Assembly: GCA_030265395.1 (NCBI GenBank)
Contig: JARFYF010000054.1
Location: 4,400,743 to 4,464,742, forward strand
Length of the DNA stretch: 64,000 nt
Reading direction: 5' to 3'
Source of the DNA: Rhina ancylostomus
Lineage: Eukaryota
Positions 53,459-64,000 of this stretch are shown piece after piece. The notes beneath the pieces were generated by a model. That model made no database searches, had not been told where the DNA came from, and worked only from the letters and a program-made list of their open reading frames with translations. The position numbers and the translations under genes are program-made. The stretch's first letter is position 1; the number at the start of each line of letters is the position of its first letter.

Positions 53459-56400
53459 TATTGTTAACTGATATCATGCTTGCTTATAATTCCAAGGAAT
53501 ACATTTGAATTTGAAGCTTTTTTTCCTTAAATCCAGTGTTATGGCTTAAGAAATAGTTCAATTTACTTTGCACAAAAGTACATTTTAAGTGTTATTAAAA
53601 TAAACCAAATGCATATGATATTCTGCACAATGATGACTTGGTTGTGGGAAACATACAAGCAACTGGAGGTCTTAACAGATGATGAAATTCCATTGAAATT
53701 GTTACTGACTTTCAGTGGTGAAGCAGTTAAGGTAGCAAACACGCAATGCATTTTTCTACTACACAAGTGTAACATAACCTTCTGTATTATATTGCACAGA
53801 TCCAATAGAGGAAAACTTAAGACATTATGAGACTAACTTTGCCGCTAATAACCACTGTTTAACTCATAAAGTGGTACTCCAGCACTGATGTTGACTGATA
53901 ATTTACAGATGTACAGGTAATTTCCTAACTGCTGACATTTAAACTAGAGCTGTAACGAAGTGTGAGTTTTATTTAGCTTTGAAGCTTTAACTGTAAAAGA
54001 TAATGAAGCTTTGAACGCCATTTTAGGTTAAGATTTCAGTGGAAAATACAAGATCAGGAATGAAGTGAAAAACATCATGAAGGCAGAGCACAAGGACCAA
54101 TATGCAAAAAGCAGAAATATGCAGCAACATGATCTTTCAGCTGATGTATTAACCTAAAAGCAGAGCAGAATAAAGCATTCCTGCTTCAATTCTAACTAAA
54201 CACCAATCTTTAGAACTACTTAGCACAACACAACATAATATCACAAAAACACAATATATTACAAATTACCTTTCTGTACATTTAGATAAAAGTCTATGTG
54301 GCTGAAGCTGTTTGTAAGCTTTCACCAAATACATCCTAGTATGAATCCTTCAGATCCAAAATTAAACCAAATCACCCACTTAAGACACTGGACTTTAAAG
54401 TTTTATAGTATTGTTCAAGAATAACAAAAGTTCCTCATTCTTTCTTCAAACTGAAACAAATTGGCTCAACACTCATCACATTGATACCTACTTAAATCAT
54501 AAGAAAGCCATCATGTTTGCCTATCCAACAAAACTTACATTACACATCAAATATACTTCGAGCACTTTGGGACACTTCTCAGAGCAGCATTAGGGTGTTC
54601 TGTGAATCAACATTTTAATTCTAGGAGAATTCCAACATTATTTACCTTTCTGGTTTCTCTTGTTTCAATGAAAGTGCCTCACTACTCTAATGATCATTGC
54701 ACGGCTAATTTTTCATGCAGAATAGTCCATAATCCACTATTTCACCAGTATATCATTAATCTCGTCTTATTCTTTTTATCCTACACAAATGCATCCAGAA
54801 ATCAGTTTTACACAGCCATCAAAGCACATACCAGGAGGACATCATGTTTTAAGAATGCCAAGATTGATGTTGGCATTAAATCTATGATTTTTATTAAATA
54901 ATATTTTACATTTCAGTTTGGATAACAATGTAATAACGCAAAACTATTCTGCTGATTCCCATGTTTGATCAACTTCAGAGCAAAATTCACACATTATTTG
55001 TATATGTACTACATTAATCTAATATTGCAAATTCTTTGATCCACAAAAAGATACATACAAGTTTTATTTTGACGAACATGCACTGGTAAATAATTTATTC
55101 AGCAAAAGTGACTAGCAATATTTATTATCAATTTTATTTTACATATTATCAAAGCAGGATCATTTTCCTTTGCAAGAAATAACAGAGAAAATGAGTGGAT
55201 TGCATCACTTTGCTCATCCCTCATAGAAGAGTGAAGTGGTGAACCAGCATGTGTGTATGAGAATCTATCTTGATAGCACTCATCGTTCAACTATTTTCAT
55301 CGTAACCTGAATTAAATGTTGCTTTAAGGGTATAGTGGCTGAAACAGAATTTCAGACAGAATTCCTAACTGCTCTTGGAACACACGTATAATGCTGGTAG
55401 CTCCTTTCTTTATTAAATCAATTAAAGCGTACAGGAGAATTGTTAAAAACCAGCATTAGTTCTAGAAGATGCCCTTTCTTTTTATGCACAGCTCTGCCAT
55501 GTTATTAAAACAGAACATTTTATATGCAAATTTTAAGAGCATATATCAGAATTTTATTGCCAACCATGCTATCTGCTCCTATATGCATTGCCTTGGTGGT
55601 CTTCTAGTCAATTTTCTACACTAACATTTTGCAGACAAGTGCAATTTTCACCCCCAGTTTGCTTTGATCTAATGCAGTATTTATTAATAAGGTTTAAATA
55701 AGAGCTAAGTACACATATGTTCTGTTCTGCATAAAATGTGCTCTGTTCATTATTTCAAGTTAACCAAAATAAAGAATGCTATTAGTGGGCCTCACCAGAT
55801 GGCATAATCTCAAGTTAAAAAACATAAAACTAATGAAGTCTCAAACATTCCTGTGGTGCATCTATATAATGCAGATCTTTGAACTTATTTAATGGGTTGT
55901 GTGCATAGACTATATCCATGATTTGTTCCTAGTCATTTAACTCTTTCGCCAATCTAGTGGCATCTGTAACTAGACAAATAGATTCCTAGCATAAGACCTT
56001 AGCATTATAGTTAATTTAATTAAATGCCAAACACAGAGACATGTGCATTTTTGGAAACCTATCTTAGATTAATACAGTCGACCCAGCATTACGATTGTTC
56101 AGGTTGTAGAAATTTGCCCTTACAGAATTCACAAATAACTATGCAAAATTTGAGAAATAAAATTAGATGGAAATTGACAAAATTTATTGTTTTTTCAACT
56201 GGTGTTTTTGACACTTGTACAGATGACATGGCTTCACATTATGGAAAATCGCCACCCCTCCAAACCACCCCCTCCATAACGCGGGGGTCACCTGCACAGG
56301 AAATTTTTTCTTGAATAATTCTTTTAAATACAATTATCTTTTCGTGTCAAATACTGTATATTTATGTAGAATAGATAAGTTGAATCAATAGGTCAGGATT

Positions 56401-56694
56401 GCTTATGGCCAAGCAAAAGCAAACAGAGCTCTCAGTGAAGAGTACTGTTCCCTCCACTCTCCACCTGACTCCCGAGTCACCAGTATAAATATATCCACCA
56501 GGAAATGTTCCATGTTAGAACCACAATGTGTTTGCTGATTACTCAATTTCAATTTAAACATGCAACAGGCATTTTATCAGATCTCCAATTCCTACCCAGA
56601 TTCCTGGCCAACAACCAAGACGAGAATTTATAACTAGTAATAAATTGGGTATCATGTACGCATTTGTCACCAAAGCAAAATATTTCTCGTTTTG

Positions 56695-56910
56695 CAAATG
56701 GAATGAGCTACCAGAGCAAGTAGTTAGCACAGGTACAATAACAACATTTAAAAAACATATGGACAGGGACATAGATGGGAAATGTTTAGAGGGATTTGGG
56801 CCAAATGCAGGCAAATGGGACTAGCTTAGATGGGCACCTTGGTCAATTTGGACAAGTCGGGCCAAAGGGCCTGATTCCATGCTGTATAATTCTGTGACTC
56901 TATGACTCTT
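56695..56910 (+). mobile_element. CR1 LINE 3' end
   Basis: tggaatgagctaccagag...gggccaaagggcctgattccatgctgtataattctgtgactctatgactct. Confidence 0.85.
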
Positions 56911-57314
56911 AAGTAAAAACAGAAAATGCTGAAAAATACACAGCAGGACAGTCAGTCCCTGTGAAGAGAGGAGCAGTGTTAATGCAAACAAAAGCACAAC
57001 CAAACGATAAATAACATGCATGCCTTTTCACATTCTGAAGCATCACAAAATATTTACAACCAGTTCATTATATTTTTAGCAAGTAACTTATTTGTTTGAA
57101 CATTTCTGTAATTTTAAGCACCAGATAAGAATAATGGGGAAGAAAATACTAAAAATAAATAAAAACTAAACGCTTGGCAGCAAAGCAGTTTTCCTGTAAT
57201 ACCTACAACAAATAAATGGTTAATATAGCCTGGTAGAAGTGTCAATGTTGCAAAAGCACACAAATACTTGCAACTTTATAGAAAAACAGTTATAATTTGT
57301 TTCTCTTAACAAAA

Positions 57315-57610
57315 ACAATGCTAGAAACAGTAGGTCAGGCAGTGTCTGTGTAAAGAGCAATAGTTAATATTTAATATCTGGAAAGAAGTGGCCCAGACTT
57401 GAAATATTAATTGTTGTTCTTTCCACAGGTTCTACCTGCCTGCTGAGTGTTTCCTTTTTATTTCATATTTCTAGCAGTTGCACTTTTTTTGATTTTGATA
57501 CAGCAAATGAAAATTCTGACAAAGGGTCATGGACAATGTTGACTGTTTCTCTTTCCACAGATGCCGCCTGACTTGCTGAGTTTTTGCAACATTTTCTGGT
57601 ATTGCTTTTG
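57315..57610. mobile_element. Cluster of Penelope-pLTR-derived repeats
   Basis: One inverted and two direct copies of the tctttccacagatgc.gcctgac.tgctgag module. Confidence 0.6.
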
Positions 57611-57690
57611 ATTATCATTAATTTGAAAGAAGCATTTTGTCACTTGGTCGCCAAATCTTCAGTTTAGAAATAAATAATTGGTCTTGTTAC

Positions 57691-57828
57691 CTGAGAGTTA
57701 TCAATTACATGATTGGCCTCCAGCTGTATACTGAACTTCACGCCCAATTCAGAAGAGAATGACTCCATTGGGGATAAGGTTCCAGATGTTAGAACAATTG
57801 ATCTAACAATATTAAGATCTGAACAAGC
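57691..57828 (-). CDS. BRIP1: BRIP1 coding exon (exon 13 equivalent, 138 nt; helicase motif III)
   Basis: Boundaries read ctgtag|GCT TGT TCA...TCT CAG|gtaac. Translates [46 protein letters not shown], containing LTSGTLSP. Confidence 0.98.
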
Positions 57829-57912
57829 CTACAGAGAAAACACAAAAATAAAAATATTTTTGATTTTTGTTTCAATAAAAGTTCAGTAGACTCTTGTTTG
57901 GTGAAAATATAT

Positions 57913-58378
57913 TGTTACGGACTAGGTTACAATTAGTGAGGTTCCTTTAAGATTGTGCGTGTGTGAGTGTGTGTGTGGCGAGCTTACGTCAACAGAAGAT
58001 AAAGGACGTCATGATGTTGTTGTTGAGACAACCAGTCGGAGTCAGTCTGAAGGAGAGGGAGGAGACAGAGACAGAAGAACAAGAGAGAGAGAGACACCAG
58101 CCTGCTTGTTTTCTCTATCGATGGATGAGAAACACTAACTGTGACTGTCACTGCAATCCNNNNNNNNNNNNNNNNNNNNNNNNNNNNNNNNNNNNNNNNN
58201 NNNNNNNNNNNNNNNNNNNNNNNNNNNNNNNNNNNNNNNNNNNNNNNNNNNNNNNNNNNCTGGTTGTCTCAACAACAACATCATGACGTCCTTTATCTTC
58301 TGTTGACGTAAGCTCGCCACACACACACTCACACACAATCTTAAAGGAACCTCACTAATTGTAACCTAGTCCGTAACA
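57913..58378. mobile_element. Young element with long inverted ends TGTTACGG...CCGTAACA and ATAT flanks (LTR-like or Ginger-like); interior in a gap
   Basis: 57913-58035 is the reverse complement of 58260-58378 except for one 4-bp indel in a GT run. ATAT lies on both sides. Confidence 0.7.
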
Positions 58379-58824
58379 ATATTATGAGTAGCAGAACATG
58401 TTAGGCATCAGAAAGTTCCTATTTTGTTCTTAGGTTTGCAGTCAGATTGATAGATCTCACTCTGGCAGTGGAAAAGATGCAAAAAGAACAAATGGACAGG
58501 GCATGGGCAAGGAACTAGCAATGACTACGGAGTTTGGGGTTGCAGGAGGGGTGGATCCCACCAGGTTATGCAACAAGATAGAGTACACACAAGCAAGAGG
58601 ACAGGGCAAGATGGGATTTGAGAGAACAATGCAAAGAGGTGAGAAAGTGAATGAAAATAACAGAGCATGAGGGAGCAAAGTGATACAAAACAGAAGCTGC
58701 AGGAGTGGAGAAAGAACAGGAAGGTCAAGGGAAAGGTTGGAATCAGATGATGAAGGGAAAACCAGAATAAAGTAATTCATCATAAAGTCCGAACAATTGT
58801 TATGATTACATAGATCAATTAAAT

Positions 58825-59440
58825 CCTGAACTCAGCAAATGAAGCTGTCTATGCCAGCTATTCATTAAGACCCGGAGAACATTCAGGTAAGAGCTGATAG
58901 GTGATGAGTAATATCTGACATGAATGCTCAAGACATGGACCACCTCCAAAAAGAGAGAATCTAACCACTTAATCTTGATGTTCAATGGCATTTCCATTGC
59001 TGAGCACCCCACAATCAATATCTGGGGGGTGGGGGAAGAGAGGAGGCTCACCATTATCTAGAAACATAACTGTACCAGTCACTTAAATAACATGGCTATG
59101 TTATTCAACACAAGAATAGGTTGTGTATTCTTCAGTAATTCACCTCCTAATTCCCCAAAGTTTTCAGACACAAATTCAGGCAAATGAGAGAATATTCTTG
59201 TCTGCGTGAGCACAGCTCCAATGACAATGAAAGAATTCAACCCTATCCACAACACAGCAGCCCACTTGACTAGTATTCGCCCTCAAATTCAAATCCAGCC
59301 ACCACCAGCTCATTGTAGCTGCAGAATGTATCTTCTATAAATTGTACTGCAGCAATCCAACAGAGGTTGTGCAATAGCACCTTGTATACTTACAACCCCT
59401 CCCAAAGAGAACAACAGATGCATACAAAGACCACAAACTG
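58825..59440 (+). mobile_element. CR1/L2-group LINE late-RT fragment
   Basis: Degenerate SKKRESNHLILMFNGISIAEHPTINIWG; same family as 34320-35890. Confidence 0.7.
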
Positions 59441-59813
59441 CAAATTATAAAATTATAACTAGAAGAGGAGGAGGAAAATGGTACTGTAGAGTGAGAGGTC
59501 AGGGAGAGGGATCTGACGGATGACCAAGCAAAACTAAACAGTTTTCATAATAATTTCAATGCAATAGTTTGCTGTATACCTGCCATAAAAATTAAGTATC
59601 TTTAAATCTGTATATTCACTCTCTGACCTACCCAACTGTCCAACAGTGTAAATAGACAAANNNNNNNNNNNNNNNNNNNNNNNNNNNNNNNNNNNNNNNN
59701 NNNNNNNNNNNNNNNNNNNNNNNNNNNNNNNNNNNNNNNNNNNNNNNNNNNNNNNNNNNNCAGTGTAAATAGACAAACAAAAGAAAACTATACCATTTGG
59801 GTAACATACTCAC

Positions 59814-59979
59814 CACTGCTGGATTCAAACACCAAAAGTTCAAGGTCAGTACAGCAGACTTCTTGCGTGCATTTCTCCTCCTCTGAGGTCGTGCAAAGAA
59901 ACCATTTTCATCAATGAAATCTGGCTGGTTGGTCCATGTGTAAACCTGTTGTATTGCCACCCTATAGTCATCTGCAAAT
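59814..59979 (-). CDS. BRIP1: BRIP1 coding exon (exon 12 equivalent, 166 nt)
   Basis: Boundaries read ccaaag|A TTT GCA GAT GAC...GCA GTG|gtgagt. Translates (R)[55 protein letters not shown], the core of ORF 59628..60005. Confidence 0.97.
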
Positions 59980-61535
59980 CTTTGGATACAAGATACCACA
60001 ATCAAAAATCATAATAATGATTATGACAGCAAACCTCCCCTCAAAGAACATGCAATACTATGTTCAATGTTAAAAGAAAATGCAGCTTCCAAGGCATCAA
60101 ATAGGCTTCCCTAAGCCAGCATTATTAAAAAGTGTGCTGTTAGAAACTACACAGATATTAATATATTTATTATAAATATTTAATTAGATATGATAATATT
60201 TTGTTTACCTTGAGGATAGGATAGGCTACTATTCGCTTTTTACTTATGGTGTACTACTGTTAATAAAGTAAACTAAATTAAAATAAAATTAAAACTCAAT
60301 TTGCAGAAACCAACATTTCAAAATTAATTTAATATGTCTTTTTTTCCTAACGTGTTCAACTTAACCCAAAATTTTAAAATCACATTTACTGTCATCTACA
60401 GATGGAAGTAATCCCTTCAATGCAAGCAGCTTCAGAAAGTGATAACCTTGAATAAAACTTACTCCATTCTACTCAGGTATGTTTAATTGGGAATAATCCT
60501 AGGTTTTGATATTATAACCATCATGGAAGTTTTCTGATGCACTGGATTAAACCTTGGTGTTCCACCTCTAAGATTTGGGCTAAACAATGTCACTATTTGA
60601 ATTTGTTTGGACAATTCAATCCCTTTTTTTTTATTTAGGGGCTCAAGGTGAACTGGAAGGATGAGAATGCCTCAATACAAAACTGCCATCATTTCAGAGA
60701 ATATCATAACATATCTCAGTGAAAAGTGAGAAAACATTTAGTTGCTGCAGTAAGGGGCTCTTCTGATATTTTAACTAACCGCAACAATATAGAAGCTATA
60801 TTCTCCACCTGAGGCACAATTGCTCAAGTACAAATTTTACTGCAAAGACCATTTTTTTGAAAAANNNNNNNNNNNNNNNNNNNNNNNNNNNNNNNNNNNN
60901 NNNNNNNNNNNNNNNNNNNNNNNNNNNNNNNNNNNNNNNNNNNNNNNNNNNNNNNNNNNNNNNNCTGACATTTTGCAGAATTTCATTTCAGGGCTACATA
61001 AACCTCTACATTCTTTAAGATTTATAGTGTATTAAGTGCTAAAGTATGAAGATGCCTTCTAAGTGCCCAATTATTGGCTTATGAGGAGCCTGTTTAGATT
61101 TAGAAAATGAATTTTTGGATAATTTCATTTCTTTTGCTTTTTAATTTTCCATATATGACAGAATCTCCATTATCAGCAATAATAAAACAAATACCATAGT
61201 CAATAACAGGAATAATCAGGTAAAGAACACCCCCAACTTTTAGTTTTGCACGCAAGGTACTCCCAAATTTTAGAGATGGGAATGAAGACAAATATTACAA
61301 CATGTACTATAATCCTTTTCCTAACTGTTGACAGGGGTTTTGATTTTGAATTGGAATGATCATCTTTGCTCAAATTACAGTATGTCTGAATTTTATAGCT
61401 AGCATATTAAACTGAACATAAATTGTTTATAGAGCTGTAGCCTCAAGTATTAAATTAAATCATATGACATTTTACTAGTTTAAGTTTTTTTTAAAGAAAG
61501 CACAACTATCACAGTCCATACATCCAATCATTCAC

Positions 61536-61690
61536 CTGCTGTTGTCCCTAAACAAAAAATCAAGCACCATGAAGAGTCCTTTCAGCACCATCTGTGTTGA
61601 AGCACATATAGTTGGAACCATTACTGACTCCTCCCGTCCATTCAGCACTAGTATCTTTTCTTCTCTCTCGATCACAGCATCCAGACATTT
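61536..61690 (-). CDS. BRIP1: BRIP1 coding exon (exon 11 equivalent, 155 nt)
   Basis: Boundaries read attcag|AAA TGT...AAC AGC AG|gtgaa. Translates [51 protein letters not shown](R), matching human ...[24 protein letters not shown]. Confidence 0.97.
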
Positions 61691-61847
61691 CTGAATATCA
61701 GAAGTTCATTCATATATACAGTTTAATATCAGGCACTACATTTAGTATCACAATATTAAAAGAGAATGATAACATTATGCTTTATCCCAGTAATTATCAA
61801 TACTAAGTTACTGCATCTTCAACAGTTGTTGCTGCAGATTATAGTCA

Positions 61848-62315
61848 TAAAGTTATACAGCACAGAAAAAGGCCCTTTGGCCCAACTCATCCATGCCAAC
61901 CAAGCTGTGTATCAGAGCTAGTCCCATTTGTTGCGTTTGGCCGATATCCCTCTAAACCTTTCCTATCCACGTACCTTTCTAAATGTATTTTTTTTTTAAA
62001 TGTTGTACATGTAGCTGCCTCTATTATCTTCCTCTGGCAGTTTGTTCCACGTACCCACCCCCCTCAGGTCCCTTTTAAACTTTCCCCTTAAACCAATGTC
62101 CTCTAGTTTTAAACTCTTCTAGCCTGCGTAAAAAGACTGATTATTCACTTTATCTATGCCCTTCATGATTTTATATCCCTCTACAAGGTCACCCCTCCAC
62201 CTCCTATGCTCCAGGGGAAAATGACCAGCCTCTCCTATCCTTTTAATTCAAGCCCTCCAGTCCCATTGACATTCTCATGAATCTTATCTGCACCCTTTCA
62301 AGCTTAATGTCATCA
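61848..62315 (-). mobile_element. CR1 LINE 3' fragment
   Basis: atacagcacagaaaaaggccctttggcccaac...tttatctatgcccttcatgattttata. Confidence 0.85.
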
Positions 62316-63647
62316 TAGAGCTTTAGAGTCAGCAGGAAAATAATGCTCACTAGTAACCTTGATGGAACTTCTCCAGAAAGATACAGGGATATCTGTGGCA
62401 AGAATTTCTTCTTTTCCAATGTTTGCTGCTATCAATTCAAATGGATCCCTTGTGCCCAGTAGCTGTAATTTAATCTAACTGCCTAAATAGCCAACCAAAT
62501 TAAAGGATTCTCACAGATAGAATGCCAAAAAGCAAACAACTCATTTTTAATTAACTCCTTAAACATTATACAATATTTGAATATTTACATATGATCAAGA
62601 TAGAACTAAGACATCACAGATTAATGAAATAACATTTAAAACCTGCTCATATCTTGAAATAATCATATTAGGGAATTCCGACATGCATCTATTAAATTTG
62701 TTTTTCGGGCCAGATAGTTCGCTACCAACAATTGTGGCTCAGTACCCCATTATAAACTAACTTAGACATCCATGGTTTCCTAGACAGCAAGTATAATTTA
62801 GTACATCATTTAAAAAAAATCACCTGCATCAAAGCACAAGAGTATCAGGGATTCAGGTATACAGNNNNNNNNNNNNNNNNNNNNNNNNNNNNNNNNNNNN
62901 NNNNNNNNNNNNNNNNNNNNNNNNNNNNNNNNNNNNNNNNNNNNNNNNNNNNNNNNNNNNNNNNNNNNNNNNNNNNNNNNNNNNNNNNNNNNNNNNNNNN
63001 NNNNNNNNNNNNNNNNNNNNNNNNNNNNNNNNNNNNNNNNNNNNNNNNNNNNNNNNNNNNNNNNNNNNNNNNNNNNNNNNNNNNNNNNNNNNNNNNNNNN
63101 NNNNNNNNNNNNNNNNNNNNNNNNNNNNNNNNNNNNNNNNNNNNNNNNNNNNNNNNNNNNNNNNNNNNNNNNNNNNNNNNNNNNNAAATAGGGACCAAAC
63201 TACATTAGCAATTGGCCCTCCAAGTCCACTGAAATCTTCAGGTTTTGACTCCTGGATCTAAGACCACAGGAAATTAACCAGTGTAAAAAAAATTTATACC
63301 CGAAGCTCTTCCCTGGCAGGTTACAAAGCAGGCAACTTGCTAACTACATATTAAAATCGGCATCTAGCAAGATCACTGCAGCATCCAGTTCTCATTTGCT
63401 CACAGTGAAAAATACTGGAGATCTCCTGGAGCAGTACGTGTGAAATTATTGCCACTGTTAGTGGTTCAGAAATTAGTTATCAGAAGTTCAGTCAATGCTG
63501 TTGTTAAGTTCTCTGCAGTGGAGGTTTGGCAATTGTGATAGGAGAGACAAGGTAATGAAGTTCAAAACCTGAAGATACAGATGGCTTCACATTTTATCAA
63601 GAGTTTCATATTTTACCAAAACCTTGTAAATCTTATTAACAATTTAC

Positions 63648-63780
63648 CTGCAAGATATAAAATGTAGCACTGGTTAATCCCCAGTTATGAAAAATATTTA
63701 TCATTTCTTTCCCATTCCAGACCTTGCAAGATGTTTCAAATTCCCGTTCCACCAGATTGCCAGAACTCTCCTTTAACCAG
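63648..63780 (-). CDS. BRIP1: BRIP1/FANCJ helicase coding exon (human exon 10 equivalent, 133 nt)
   Basis: Boundaries read ttttgcag|C TGG TTA AAG...ATC TTG CAG|gtaaat. Translates WLKESSGNLVEREFETSCKVWNGKEMINIFHNWGLTSATFYILQ, matching my recall of human [26 protein letters not shown]...TATFPILQ, with the same length and phase. Confidence 0.96.
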
Positions 63781-64000
63781 CTGCAAAATAAAATTACACA
63801 AGCAGCCATTAATACCTAAATTAGAACTCTGCAAAAGCATTGCTCGTTTATTGATTGGCACTTGCTCCACACTGAGCATATCAAAGAATCAGGTGATGCT
63901 TTCTCAACTTAGGATAGTTAAGCTCCATAAAACATCCAATGAAATTTTGACTTTATGGCACCAGAGTGTCATGCCAAATTTAAATGCCATTACTGAAGCA

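Noticed and set aside
59644-59777. cagtgtaaatagacaaa repeated across a gap
   Set aside because: Contig-end overlap artefact.
347-63198. Most ORFs in the supplied six-frame track
   Set aside because: They are short, often start at non-ATG codons or span N runs. They are either retroelement remnants or have no recognisable homology. Only 59628..60005 contains a real exon in frame.
1-64000. CRISPR arrays, operons or prokaryotic defence systems
   Set aside because: The sequence is vertebrate intron/exon DNA, with no regularly spaced repeat-spacer array and no prokaryote-like gene density.

Overview
AT-rich vertebrate genomic DNA from a draft assembly with 12 N-gaps. The repeat families (CR1 with an esterase ORF1, V-type SINEs, Deu-SINE, Penelope, Rex1/Babar, RTE) point to a cartilaginous fish, probably a ray or relative; this is inference. 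The only host gene I can support is BRIP1 (FANCJ DNA helicase) on the minus strand. Five consecutive coding exons, equivalent to human exons 10-14, lie at 63648-63780, 61536-61690, 59814-59979, 57691-57828 and 49826-49987. All have GT-AG boundaries and splice into one open frame containing helicase motifs III and IV. I found no later BRIP1 exon in 1-49825, so that stretch appears to be one very large intron filled with decayed retroelements. The most notable items are: short fold-back Penelope-derived elements with decayed hammerhead cores and their own target-site duplications (TSDs); a young TGTTA...TAACA inverted-repeat element next to exon 13; an RTE flanked by a 47-bp duplication; two candidate cryptic exons; and candidate TBX4-landscape enhancers. 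Repeat boundaries are approximate and were read by eye.
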